A DNA stretch of 64,000 nt from Candidatus Latescibacterota bacterium (GCA_965205975.1 OZ242195.1:5024001-5088000), one strand, 5' to 3'. Counted from the stretch's first letter, positions 27,840-37,284 are shown. Numbers and translations: made by a program. Notes: generated by a model not told the origin, from the letters alone.

Positions 27840-28589
27840 ATGAAATGGACAGACGAACAACTCGCACAATACGATGAACAGGGTTATCTCTTTATGCCCG
27901 GTTTGCTCTCACCCGATGAGGTTGACTCACTCAATGGCGATGTCCCGCTTTTGCTCAGTGGGGAGGAGAACGACGGATTGCATCGGGAACGCGAACGCGG
28001 CGGTGCTGTGCGTCAGGTTTATCTCGCCCATCGGAGTATTGACGCTTTTCAAGAGCTTATCAGTCATCCGAAAATCCTGCATCCCGTTCGGCAGGTTCTC
28101 AAAGACGATGTGTATGTCTGGCACTCGAAACTCAATGTCAAGGATGCGTTTGAAGGCACGGTCTGGCTGTGGCATCAGGACTATGGGTACTGGATGTGGG
28201 ATGGGGTTGGTCCGCGTCTGGTATCCGCTATGGTTTTTCTGGATCGAGCCACGCTCAACAACGGTTGTTTGATGGTGGTGTCGGGGTCTCATAAATGGGG
28301 GCGGCAGGAGCACTATGCGGACACGACTACGACGAGCTATAAGCAGTGGTGTATTGATACAGATACTCTGAAAGAAAAAATCTGCGAAGAAGATATTGAG
28401 CATATTACGGGAAAGCCGGGCGATGTGCTGTTTTTTGATTGCAATATCGTGCATGGCTCTGGTCACAATATGTCGCCATTGCCACGCAAGACATTTATCA
28501 TCGCTTACAATGCCATATCCAACAAGCCCCGTGCGGTAGAAAATCCCAGGCCCGACTGGGTGGTGGCCCGCACGTTTGATATTGTTTGA
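27840..28589 (+). CDS. Fe(II)/2-oxoglutarate dioxygenase, PhyH family (ectoine/proline hydroxylase-like)
   Basis: SKLNVK, WLWHQDYGYW (HxD), NGCLMVVSGSH, GDVLFFDCNIVHGSGHN...R. Confidence 0.88.
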   Translation: MKWTDEQLAQYDEQGYLFMPGLLSPDEVDSLNGDVPLLLSGEENDGLHRERERGGAVRQVYLAHRSIDAFQELISHPKILHPVRQVLKDDVYVWHSKLNVKDAFEGTVWLWHQDYGYWMWDGVGPRLVSAMVFLDRATLNNGCLMVVSGSHKWGRQEHYADTTTTSYKQWCIDTDTLKEKICEEDIEHITGKPGDVLFFDCNIVHGSGHNMSPLPRKTFIIAYNAISNKPRAVENPRPDWVVARTFDIV

Positions 28590-28590
28590 C

Positions 28591-28619
28591 TTGACATTCA
28601 AAAGGAAGTAATCTATTCT
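28591..28619 (+). promoter_or_regulatory. Sigma70-type promoter of amidohydrolase-Rieske operon
   Basis: TTGACA (28591-96), 17 bp, TATTCT (28614-19); SD AGGAGG follows. Confidence 0.65.
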
Positions 28620-28644
28620 CCTGACTATCACATAGGAGGCTGCG

Positions 28645-29757
28645 ATGTCTGCTACAGAAACTGTCCCGCGTACAAATGGCAGAGCTAATGCTCTTACAAA
28701 ATTCAAAATTGTAGATTGCGATGTACATCATTCTCCGGGCAAAGGCGATGCGCTATATCCCTATATGCCGCGCCATTTTGTCGAGTATATCAAAGATTTT
28801 GGTACGATGATGCCGAGACTCGGATATACAAATATGCCGGGAGGCGGTGCGCGAAAAGATCTGTGGGAAGATCCAAAGCAAAATCCCTCCCATCAGCCGC
28901 AAGTTTGTATTGAGAAACATCTCAATGTGTATGATATAGATTACGCGGTTCTCACGGGAGGACCTTATGCAGCAGCCGTTCACAACAATCCGGATTACGC
29001 ATCGGCTTATTGCAGTGCGTTTAACGATTGGACAAAAGACCACTGGATCAGTGCCGATCCGCGGTTTCGGGCTTCAATCCATATTTGTCCTGTAGATCCG
29101 CAACTCGCGGTCAAGGAAATTGATCGCCTGGGGCCCGATCCGGATTTTGTGCAGGTTATGATGCCTGCGGGCGCCCGTATGCCTTTTGGCAACCGCCACT
29201 ACCATCCTATTTACGAAGCCTGTGAAAGACACGGATTGCCCGTTTCAGTTCACTTCGGGGGTGAAGGCGCTGGTCTTGCTGCACCGCCCACTGCTGCGGG
29301 ATATCCCACCTATTATCTCGAGATGCGGATGGCGCGGCCCCAAATTGCACAGGCTCATGTCACCAGTCTCGTTGTAGAGGGCGTGTTTGAGAAATTCCAG
29401 AATTTCCACTTTATATTTGTCGAGATGGATACTTTCTGGTTGCCGGGTCTTATGTGGCATCTCGATCTCGATTGGCGTGCGCTGCGCGACTACACGCCGT
29501 GGGTTAAACGCCTGCCCAGCGAGTATATCCGCGAGCATATCCGCCTGGGTACACAACCCATGCCCGATATACCCGGTGGGAAAGAAGATTTGGAGACGTA
29601 TTTGCGCTGGATGCACGCCGAAGATACCCTCGTTTTTGCCAGTGATTATCCACATTGGGACTGGGATGAACCCGGTCACGTCCTTCGCAATATTGATCGC
29701 GATCTAAAAAAGCGCATTATGGGCGAGAATGCCGGCGAAATATTTGGGCTTTTCTGA
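28645..29757 (+). CDS. Amidohydrolase_2 fold protein, candidate dinuclear oxygenase
   Basis: IVDCDVH, AFNDW...W...DPRF, YHPIYEAC...LPVSVH, SLVVEGVFEKF, FASDYPHWD; stop overlaps the Rieske start (TGATG). Confidence 0.82.
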   Translation: MSATETVPRTNGRANALTKFKIVDCDVHHSPGKGDALYPYMPRHFVEYIKDFGTMMPRLGYTNMPGGGARKDLWEDPKQNPSHQPQVCIEKHLNVYDIDYAVLTGGPYAAAVHNNPDYASAYCSAFNDWTKDHWISADPRFRASIHICPVDPQLAVKEIDRLGPDPDFVQVMMPAGARMPFGNRHYHPIYEACERHGLPVSVHFGGEGAGLAAPPTAAGYPTYYLEMRMARPQIAQAHVTSLVVEGVFEKFQNFHFIFVEMDTFWLPGLMWHLDLDWRALRDYTPWVKRLPSEYIREHIRLGTQPMPDIPGGKEDLETYLRWMHAEDTLVFASDYPHWDWDEPGHVLRNIDRDLKKRIMGENAGEIFGLF

Positions 29758-30131
29758 TGTCGAAACACAGGGTAGCGAAAATAGCGGATCTGCCTCCCGG
29801 CGCGCGCAAAATTGTGACGGTTAATAACCGGGAGATCGGTATTCTCAATGTGGATGGTAACCTCTATGCCCTGCGCAATGTCTGTCCCCACCGCCTGGGT
29901 CCGCTCTGCAAAGGCCGCGTGCGTCCACTCGTTGTGTGGGAAGGTGGAGAGGTGGGCGGTGGACGCTTTACCGATATCGGGCATGAACGCGAAAACGAAA
30001 TTATCAAGTGCCCCTGGCACAACTGGGAGTTTGAGTTGAAGACCGGTAAGTCCATTACGGATGATGATTTGCGCGTGCGTACCTATCGCGTGGAAGCAGA
30101 AGGAGATGATGTTGTGCTTTATCTGAGGTGA
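29757..30131 (+). CDS. Rieske (2Fe-2S) ferredoxin
   Basis: CPH (RNVCPHR) and CPWH motifs; 124 aa. Confidence 0.92.
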   Translation: MSKHRVAKIADLPPGARKIVTVNNREIGILNVDGNLYALRNVCPHRLGPLCKGRVRPLVVWEGGEVGGGRFTDIGHERENEIIKCPWHNWEFELKTGKSITDDDLRVRTYRVEAEGDDVVLYLR

Positions 30132-30135
30132 GTGG

Positions 30136-30159
30136 ACTGACTACTGGCTACTGACAACT
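30136..30159 (+). repeat. Degenerate ACTGACT heptamer run
   Basis: actgact-actggct-actgaca-act; same unit as 35921-35944. Confidence 0.6.
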
Positions 30160-30176
30160 TTTTCAAGAGATACTTT

Positions 30177-30947
30177 ATGCAACTTACTTTTAGCACGACT
30201 GTTTGTCCCGATTTACTTTTGCCCGATGCGCTGAACGTTGCTACAGAAGCGGGCTTTAATCGCATTGAACTTTTTCGCACGTTTACCGAGAGTTCGCCGG
30301 TTCACGCGGATACGTCGGTGCGTATGGTGCGCGAGCGTCTGGACAATGCGGGCGTTACGCTCACGGGCCTCAATATTCGCAATATCACGGGACGCAATTC
30401 CAGCACGGACGAACGCGATCTGAGATACAATATGCGCCAGGTCGAATGGGATATCCATCTTTCTCGCGCTCTGCGGCTGCAGTGTGCCAATCTCAAAGGC
30501 GGTGATCGCACAGACGAAGCGCGGGAGGATTTTATTACGGGTATTAATCATGTGCTCGATCGCATCTCCGATTTTACTCTCAATATAGGCAATCACAAGG
30601 GGAATTTGTTCGAGAATATCGAAGATTATCAGGGCATTTTGCCCGAGTTGCCCGATCGCGCCAGGGTGCTGATGGATACGGGTCATCTCCTTTCAGCAGG
30701 CGTTGAAGTAAGGGCTTTTGCAGAAGCTTTTGCTGACCGCATTGGCCTTGTTCACCTGAGAGATCAGAAGGGTGAAACACCCGTGCCTTTTGGCGAGGGC
30801 GATTTGCCTTTTGTAGATGTTATCGGTATTCTCAAAGGCGCGGGTTATGATGGCGAACTCGTCATTGAACTGGAAAAAGTCACCTGGGGTGAACCGGTCC
30901 AGGCCTGCGCTGCTGCGCGTGAATATGTCGAAAAAATTCTTTCCTGA
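30177..30947 (+). CDS. Sugar phosphate isomerase/epimerase family TIM barrel
   Basis: EAGFNRIEL, LMDTGHL, LVHLRD, PFGEGDLPF, GYDGELVIELE. Confidence 0.85.
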   Translation: MQLTFSTTVCPDLLLPDALNVATEAGFNRIELFRTFTESSPVHADTSVRMVRERLDNAGVTLTGLNIRNITGRNSSTDERDLRYNMRQVEWDIHLSRALRLQCANLKGGDRTDEAREDFITGINHVLDRISDFTLNIGNHKGNLFENIEDYQGILPELPDRARVLMDTGHLLSAGVEVRAFAEAFADRIGLVHLRDQKGETPVPFGEGDLPFVDVIGILKGAGYDGELVIELEKVTWGEPVQACAAAREYVEKILS

Positions 30948-30955
30948 ATGAGCCT

Positions 30956-31357
30956 ATGTCCCATGCACTGAGCAAACATCTGCTCGTTGATCTGTACGGT
31001 TGCCCCGCCGATCTGCTCAATGATGTCACTGCGCTTGAAACGGTTATGATCAAAGCTGCCCAACGCGCAGGTGCCACGGTTATCAATAGCATGTTTCATC
31101 ACTTTTCGCCTTTTGGTGTATCGGGTGTTGTGGTCATTCAGGAGAGCCACCTGACTATTCACACCTGGCCAGAGCAAGGTTTTGCAGCGGTTGACCTTTT
31201 TACCTGTGGCACGCAGACCAAACCGCGGCGCGCTTTGATCCACTTAAAACGCGCACTTCAATCTACACGGGTCGAAGTGAGACAATTCAGGCGTGGGCAA
31301 GGTGATTCATTGGCTGCAAAGACCGACCGCAACTTTGGGGAAGATAGTGACCCGTAA
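30956..31357 (+). CDS. speD: Pyruvoyl-dependent S-adenosylmethionine decarboxylase proenzyme (class 1b) homolog
   Basis: HLLVDLYGC, HHFSPFGVSGVVVIQESHLTIHTWPE (ES cleavage site), AAVDLFTCG. Confidence 0.88.
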   Translation: MSHALSKHLLVDLYGCPADLLNDVTALETVMIKAAQRAGATVINSMFHHFSPFGVSGVVVIQESHLTIHTWPEQGFAAVDLFTCGTQTKPRRALIHLKRALQSTRVEVRQFRRGQGDSLAAKTDRNFGEDSDP

Positions 31358-31375
31358 CTTTGTGAGATAAAAAGT

Positions 31376-31435
31376 AAACGCCCGTCATTTGGTGTACAAC
31401 TGTGGTAGCAGTTGATCCCCCGACGGGCGTTTTTG
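31376..31435 (+). terminator. Extended nested hairpin after speD, probable terminator
   Basis: AAACGCCCGTC (31376-86) pairs with GACGGGCGTTT (31422-32); inner stem CAACTG/CAGTTG; T run follows. Confidence 0.55.
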
Positions 31436-31487
31436 CATAATTTGACACTTCTATTTTAAGTTCTACTTTATTTTTTTGGAGGCCCTC

Positions 31488-31739
31488 ATGACAGTAAGCC
31501 AGGCCACTGAAATTCGATCCACGCTCATCGAGATGTTTGAGGCTATTGATAAAAAAGAAAATATCGCCGAGCATTTGCTCAAACTCGACGATATTCAGCG
31601 CAGCCTCGATCGGGATACGCCAGCACAACTCAGACATTTTCTCGAGCGCCGTAGTTATACCAAAGCGCTTGAGTATCTCGATACGGGCACGTTTATTGAC
31701 GATCCCAACCGCCCCGACTGCGAGGACCATCCCCATTAA
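31488..31739 (+). CDS. Small hypothetical helical protein
   Basis: SD GGAGG, upstream TTGACA promoter; PAQLRHFLERRSYTKALEYL motif. Confidence 0.7.
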   Translation: MTVSQATEIRSTLIEMFEAIDKKENIAEHLLKLDDIQRSLDRDTPAQLRHFLERRSYTKALEYLDTGTFIDDPNRPDCEDHPH

Positions 31740-31756
31740 TTTTCAGGAGTTCAGCT

Positions 31757-32062
31757 ATGTCTGTCGAAACCCGTACCGATATCAAGGGCATTTCTCGTTT
31801 TATTTTTACCGAAGGTACCGATGCTGACCGTCTGCACTTGCATGTTTCAGAAGTTGGTCCAGGTCAACGCGCCCACCCGCCACACCGACACGATGGGTGG
31901 GAGATTTTCTACGTTATCAAAGGCAATGGCGAAGTTCTTTACGGAGATCAAGCACATCCGGTCAATACGGGTGAAGCCATGCACCTGGAATGCAGTATTT
32001 TGCACGGGATAAAAAATATCGGCGATGGCCCGCTTCAATACGCCGTGATTATTAGAAAATGA
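31757..32062 (+). CDS. Cupin domain protein
   Basis: PGQRAHPPHRHDGWEIFYVIKG and HGIKNIG cupin motifs. Confidence 0.88.
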   Translation: MSVETRTDIKGISRFIFTEGTDADRLHLHVSEVGPGQRAHPPHRHDGWEIFYVIKGNGEVLYGDQAHPVNTGEAMHLECSILHGIKNIGDGPLQYAVIIRK

Positions 32063-32069
32063 GTGGACA

Positions 32070-33209
32070 TCAGTAGCCTTTTCGCAACACATCCATAATG
32101 TGCGCAGAGAGCGATTGCACGGTTTCGTCAAAATTTACATTCTCAACAGTTATGATGCGATGTGCTTCGCCCACTTTGAGGATATGTTTTTGAATCTCCA
32201 AAATGGCATCGAGGTTTTCTACATAGTGGTGCGACGTTCTTTGCGTTGCTTCTTCATTGCGAAATTCAAAACGCTCGGCATATTGCTTTTTGTCATCTAA
32301 GTACAGGGTCATCCAGATAAATGTTGCCTGATTTTTATAGGTGCTCAAATCGATCAAATCGGGCAGGAGATGTACCCCGTCAATTATCAGGTTGACATGC
32401 TCTTCAATGGCGCGCTCAATCATTGCTCGCACGCCAACGCCAACGCGAACAGCCTGTTCGCGAAATGCCTGTACTACTGGTGGATGCTCACCGGCCAACT
32501 CTGCACCTGTGTGTTGCCAGGCAGAAAAGGAAGAGGCGTGCAACGCGGGCATTAGTTCGGGTGCGATCATCAACCGCATAATCTGTCGAATGGCATCGGT
32601 GGAGGCGACGCGCGAAATTTTTAGCTGGTTGGCCAATGCCACTCCCACGGATGTTTTGCCTACCCCAGTTGCGCCGCTGATGAGAATAATGAGTGGCTTG
32701 TGTTGTCGATCCTTGCGAAATTGATACCAGGCCTCATAGCGCTCGGCATACTGAGATCCATAGCCGTCTTTTAAGCTTTTCAGTGTGATTTTAAAAATCT
32801 GTGATCGCTTAATTACCGTGCCTTGTGACCTCGAAAGTTGTTGCTCAACCTCTGAGGCAATCTGGTGTGTGAGGTCGTGATCCAGCCCAATGGCTTCGAG
32901 CGAGTCGGCAAGCCGCTCCAGAGAAAATAGTGTTCTATCTTCACCTTCTTCGATAAAAATTTGCCGCGATGTGGGTTCCCAAAAGATGGCATCGCCAATT
33001 ATCCGATCACCAAATTCGCGTTGCACCTGTTTCCGCACCAGGTCGGCCATATCTTCGGCGTTGATGTCTTTCGCTTTTTGAAGTGACCGACGGATGCCAT
33101 CTGCGAATTTGTATGCTTCTTGGAATGCGAATCCATGCTCAATTAAATAATGCGCCAGCATGCCCCGCAAAAATGGAATCCTTTTTTTGCCATCAACAAT
33201 TGTCGCCAT
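32070..33209 (-). CDS. 2-phosphoglycerate kinase-like P-loop kinase with two N-terminal ATP-cone-like domains
   Basis: PFLRGMLA..L and FSLERLADSL ATP-cone starts; PLIILISGATGVGKTS, STDAIRQIMR, LHASSF, IERAIEE..NLIIDGVHLLP; SD GGAG before ATG 33209. Confidence 0.8.
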   Translation of the reverse strand: MATIVDGKKRIPFLRGMLAHYLIEHGFAFQEAYKFADGIRRSLQKAKDINAEDMADLVRKQVQREFGDRIIGDAIFWEPTSRQIFIEEGEDRTLFSLERLADSLEAIGLDHDLTHQIASEVEQQLSRSQGTVIKRSQIFKITLKSLKDGYGSQYAERYEAWYQFRKDRQHKPLIILISGATGVGKTSVGVALANQLKISRVASTDAIRQIMRLMIAPELMPALHASSFSAWQHTGAELAGEHPPVVQAFREQAVRVGVGVRAMIERAIEEHVNLIIDGVHLLPDLIDLSTYKNQATFIWMTLYLDDKKQYAERFEFRNEEATQRTSHHYVENLDAILEIQKHILKVGEAHRIITVENVNFDETVQSLSAHIMDVLRKGY

Positions 33210-33343
33210 GGCAATCTCCACTAAATACAGCTTTTTTTAAAAACCTATATCCGAACTTAGTGAACCTTTTGCACGGTGTCAAGTCTCTGTATTAAGGCTC
33301 GTCAAAGAGGCTGACAACGATCAACCGAAATGCGAGGATTTTT

Positions 33344-34819
33344 ATGTCTGTACAGCCGAACGTCTTGTTAATTTCGACAGATCACTGGCCTGCCCACCTT
33401 TTGGGATGTGATGGTCATCCTGTTATTCAGACGCCAACGCTGGATGAATTGGCGCGAAGTGGGGTGCGTTTTTCCAATTGTTATGCCGAATGCCCGGTGT
33501 GTATTCCGGCGCGGCGTACGTTGATGACGGGTACCACGCCGCGAACGCACGGGGATCGCGTGTTTAAAGAGACACTCGAAATGCCCGATATGCCAACTCT
33601 GGCGCAGACCTTTCGCAATGCGGGTTATCAAGCGTATGCCGTGGGTAAGTTGCATGTGTTTCCGCAGCGGGATCGCATTGGGTTTGACGATGTGATTTTA
33701 GACGAGGAGGGACGCACGCAGTATGGGGTTCTCGACGATTACGAACTTTTTTTGGGCGATCAGGGCTATGCGGGCGAGCATTTCAATCACGGTATGAGCA
33801 ATAACGAGTATGGCGCGATGCCCTGGCATTTGTCCGATGAAACCCATGCGACGAATTGGGCGACTCAGAATCTGGTGCGTTTTATCAAACGACGAGATCC
33901 CGTGCGCCCATCTTTCTGGTTTATTTCCTATCGGCATCCCCATCCGCCGATTGTGCCGCTGCAAAAGTACCTGGATTTTTATCGGGATATGGAGATGGAT
34001 ACGCCGTTTACAGGTGATTGGGTTCGGTCGGGAAATCTTCCCTATAGTCTTCAATCGATGACTGCGCGGGGAGACAAGCACAGTGCGGTTCAAATCGAGA
34101 TGGCGCGGCGTGCCTTTTATGCCCTGTGTACTCATATTGACCATAGTCTGCGCGTGTTGATTGGGACGCTTAGGGAGGAGGGTTTGCTCGATAATACGAT
34201 TATTTGTTTTACGTCGGATCACGGCGATATGTTGGGCAATCACAATATGTTGGCGAAGCGTCTTTTTTACGAGGGGTCGGCCAATATTCCGATGATTTTG
34301 CTGGGTACGGCTGGCGATGAGCGGGTCGGGTTCAATCGCGTGGATGATCGCCTGGTGGGGTGGCAAGATGTGATGCCCACGTTGTTGGATCTGGCGGGGA
34401 TAGATATTCCCGATACTGTGGAGGGAATGTCGATGGTTGGCGAGCAAGAGCGGGATTGGTTTTACGGCGAGGTCGGCGAAGATGCCCACGCGACGCGGAT
34501 GATTTGCGATGGACGCTACAAGTTGATTTACTATTCTGTGGGAAATTGCCGACAGCTTTTTGATCTGAAAGCTGATCCCCAGGAACTCGTGGATTTGTCG
34601 TCCGATCCGCAATACGCTGAGACCTTGTCGCGGTTGACCGCGCTCTTGATTGGCGAACTTTACGGCGAGGATGAAAAATGGGTCGAGAATGGACAATTGG
34701 TGGGCCTGCCAGACCAGCCATATCATCCCGGTCCCAACCGGGGGCTGACCAGCCAGCGCGGGCAACACTGGCCTCCACCTCCAAAATCCGATATGCCCCA
34801 GATTCAATGGCATGCGTGA
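33344..34819 (+). CDS. Sulfatase (Cys-type, choline-sulfatase-like)
   Basis: PNVLLISTDHW, CIPAR, GKLH, HPHPP, SDHGDMLGNH, QLFDLKADPQE. Confidence 0.9.
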   Translation: MSVQPNVLLISTDHWPAHLLGCDGHPVIQTPTLDELARSGVRFSNCYAECPVCIPARRTLMTGTTPRTHGDRVFKETLEMPDMPTLAQTFRNAGYQAYAVGKLHVFPQRDRIGFDDVILDEEGRTQYGVLDDYELFLGDQGYAGEHFNHGMSNNEYGAMPWHLSDETHATNWATQNLVRFIKRRDPVRPSFWFISYRHPHPPIVPLQKYLDFYRDMEMDTPFTGDWVRSGNLPYSLQSMTARGDKHSAVQIEMARRAFYALCTHIDHSLRVLIGTLREEGLLDNTIICFTSDHGDMLGNHNMLAKRLFYEGSANIPMILLGTAGDERVGFNRVDDRLVGWQDVMPTLLDLAGIDIPDTVEGMSMVGEQERDWFYGEVGEDAHATRMICDGRYKLIYYSVGNCRQLFDLKADPQELVDLSSDPQYAETLSRLTALLIGELYGEDEKWVENGQLVGLPDQPYHPGPNRGLTSQRGQHWPPPPKSDMPQIQWHA

Positions 34820-34831
34820 GAAGGAGGATTT

Positions 34832-35842
34832 ATGCCATCGCGATTGTTCAATTCACATCCAGATCACGGGATTCGCGTGCCATGCGAGGTGGTGGAAGCT
34901 TATGTGTGTGAGCTTTTTCTCGCTGTGGGTACGTCTGAAGAACACGCGCAGCATATGGCGGTTACGTTGACGGCAAATGATTTGCGCTGTGTGTTTAGCC
35001 ACGGTACGCGGCAGGTGCGCGACTATATATCGCAAATGAAGAATGGGCATACCAATCCGCGGCCCAATGTGACGGTGGTGTCCGAGTCAGAGGCGACGGC
35101 TATACTGGATGGGGATGGTGGGTTGGGGTATTTCCCATCGCATCGGGGAACGGAGATGGCAATTGAAAAGGCGTTAAAGGTGGGGGTGGGTACGGTGACG
35201 ACGCGCAATCACTTCCACTTTGGCGCAGCGGGCAATTATTCCCGTATGGCGCTTGCCAGCGATTGTATCGGGATGGCGCTGTCTTCTCATCGCTATCGCC
35301 CGCGTCCAGATGCGACGGTTATGAGTGCGTCGGGTGGGTCGCCGATTAGTATTGCCGTGCCCACTGGGGAACAACCCCCTCTAATTATGGATATGGCGGC
35401 GCACTTTATCCCTTATAGTGAAGAATCATTTGAGAAGTTTCCCGCGGCAGTTTTCAAGGGTTTGGGGCTGGCGGCTGTGCTTCAGGCGATGGGGGGAATT
35501 TTGGCCGGTATCTGGAATGAGGGGTATGAGTTTACAGGTGAAGGCGAGGGGGCGGCACCACATCAAGGTGCGTTTATTGCGGTGTTTGATGTGAAGCGGT
35601 TTGCCGATGTGGAAGTGTTTAAGCGAGAGATGGATCGCTATGTCGGCGAGGCGCGTGCCACAAAACCGCTGCCGGGGCACGATCGCGCCGAGTTGGCCGG
35701 CGGCATGGAATGGCAATGGGAAAGAGAGCACCGCGAGATCGGTATTCCCATGACCGATGATCACCGCGATTTGCTGGAGAAAGTGGGCAATGATGTCGGG
35801 GTTTCGTCGCCGTTTGGGGAATTTGAGGGATCCCGGTTTTAG
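34832..35842 (+). CDS. Ldh_2 family (malate/L-lactate/sulfolactate/ureidoglycolate) oxidoreductase
   Basis: NDLRCVFSHG, LDGDGGLG, AIEKA..GVG.V..RNHFHFGAAG.Y, PISIAVP, MDMA, KGLGLA. Confidence 0.87.
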   Translation: MPSRLFNSHPDHGIRVPCEVVEAYVCELFLAVGTSEEHAQHMAVTLTANDLRCVFSHGTRQVRDYISQMKNGHTNPRPNVTVVSESEATAILDGDGGLGYFPSHRGTEMAIEKALKVGVGTVTTRNHFHFGAAGNYSRMALASDCIGMALSSHRYRPRPDATVMSASGGSPISIAVPTGEQPPLIMDMAAHFIPYSEESFEKFPAAVFKGLGLAAVLQAMGGILAGIWNEGYEFTGEGEGAAPHQGAFIAVFDVKRFADVEVFKREMDRYVGEARATKPLPGHDRAELAGGMEWQWEREHREIGIPMTDDHRDLLEKVGNDVGVSSPFGEFEGSRF

Positions 35843-35877
35843 AATTACAAACTGATGTTAGGCATGTCTGGGATTTC

Positions 35878-35944
35878 TGTCATGCTGAGCGGAGTGGAAC
35901 GGAGCCGAAGCATCTGTTCCACTGACTACTGACTACTGACTACT
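35878..35944 (+). repeat. REP-like extragenic element plus ACTGACT x3 run
   Basis: TGTCATGCTGAGCGGAG...GAAGCATCT (35878-915) resembles extragenic palindromes I recall from FCB-group genomes; GTGGAAC/GTTCCAC inverted pair; (ACTGACT)3 at 35921-41. Confidence 0.55.
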
Positions 35945-35961
35945 AACAGAAGGAGCAATAT

Positions 35962-37254
35962 ATGAGCCATAGACCGAATATTCTTTTTCTTTTTGCCGAT
36001 CAGATGCACGCTTTTGCGATGGGGTGTATGGGTACGGAGGATATTCATACGCCAAATCTGGATAAGCTGGCGCGAGAAGGGGTTTTGTTTCGCAATTGTT
36101 ATTCCAATGCACCGGTTTGTACGCCGTTTCGCGCGACGCTGATTTCGGGGCAATACGGGTCGCAGACAGATACGTTGCGCAATGGGCGGTATATTCCCGA
36201 GGGGACGCGCACACTGGCAGGCGCGCTGAATGACGCGGGATATCGAACCGGTTGGGTGGGCAAGTGGCATTTGGGCGCAACAGGTAATTTGTGGATCCCA
36301 CCCGAGTTGCGGGCGGATTTTACGGAGTTTATCGGGTATCAGTGTTATAACGATTTTTTGCACAGTGTGAAATTTTACGATGAAGTGGGTGATGAGCATT
36401 GGTATGATGATCACAGAACGGATGTGACGAGTGATATTGCGATTGAGCGCATGGAGAAGATGGTGGGAGACGCACCTTTCGCGCTGTTTGTGTCCTATCA
36501 GAATCCGCATTATCCCGAGCAACCGGGATATGAATACGACGAGATGTATCGGGGTGTGACCATTGCGCGACGTCCAAATTGCGAGGAGGTTGATCCCTAT
36601 ACGAGAACGCATAGTCCGCCGAGTCCCAAACCGCAGGAGAACGATCCGATTTATCAGCGCTATGGCAATGATCTCGATGAGTATCTGCGCGCGTATTACG
36701 CGATGGTGACGCAGTTGGATGCAAATGTGGGGCGGATGATGGATGCGCTGGATCGCATGGGGTTGCGGGATAATACGGTGGTGATGTTCACGTCCGATCA
36801 CGGGGATTTGCAGGGTAGTCACGGAGAGACGAATAAGGGCAAGGCCTGGGAGGAGTCGAGTCGGATTCCCCTGATTGTTCGCGCACCGGGGGGCGCGGCT
36901 GGCGCGGTGGTGGATGATCTGGTGTCTGGTGTGGATTTTTTTGCGACGTGTGTAGATTACGCGGGGCAGCCTCCCGTTCCTTCGGTTGAGGGCGATAGTT
37001 TCGCGTCTGTGGTGAGCGATCCTTCTCAGACCTTAGACCGACCAGTGTTTTCAGAGATGCAGCCCTGGTGTATGGTGCGCGAAGGCGCGTTTAAGCTGGT
37101 GGTGGAGAAAGAGGGTTTTGTGGCAACACATTTGTTCGATTTGGAAAATGATCCCTACGAGATGAATAATCTGCTGAACGATCCCGCAAATGCCGAGAAA
37201 CAGGCGCATTTATACGATGTGTTGCAAAACTGGTACAGGCGCGTGAAGAGGTGA
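35962..37254 (+). CDS. Sulfatase (Cys-type)
   Basis: RPNILFLFADQ, CTPFR, GKWHLG, NPHYP, SDHGDLQGSHG, LFDLENDPYEMNNL. Confidence 0.9.
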   Translation: MSHRPNILFLFADQMHAFAMGCMGTEDIHTPNLDKLAREGVLFRNCYSNAPVCTPFRATLISGQYGSQTDTLRNGRYIPEGTRTLAGALNDAGYRTGWVGKWHLGATGNLWIPPELRADFTEFIGYQCYNDFLHSVKFYDEVGDEHWYDDHRTDVTSDIAIERMEKMVGDAPFALFVSYQNPHYPEQPGYEYDEMYRGVTIARRPNCEEVDPYTRTHSPPSPKPQENDPIYQRYGNDLDEYLRAYYAMVTQLDANVGRMMDALDRMGLRDNTVVMFTSDHGDLQGSHGETNKGKAWEESSRIPLIVRAPGGAAGAVVDDLVSGVDFFATCVDYAGQPPVPSVEGDSFASVVSDPSQTLDRPVFSEMQPWCMVREGAFKLVVEKEGFVATHLFDLENDPYEMNNLLNDPANAEKQAHLYDVLQNWYRRVKR

Positions 37255-37284
37255 TTGTGGATGGTGCTGGAAGGGAAGGAGCAA

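Noticed and set aside
27840..28589. Calling the gene ectD
   Set aside because: It has the PhyH fold, but the EctD signature is only partly matched and there is no ectABC nearby.
33698..34813. 371-aa minus-strand ORF
   Set aside because: Antisense shadow of a clear sulfatase; no motifs or SD.
35926..36822. 298-aa minus-strand ORF
   Set aside because: Antisense shadow of the second sulfatase.
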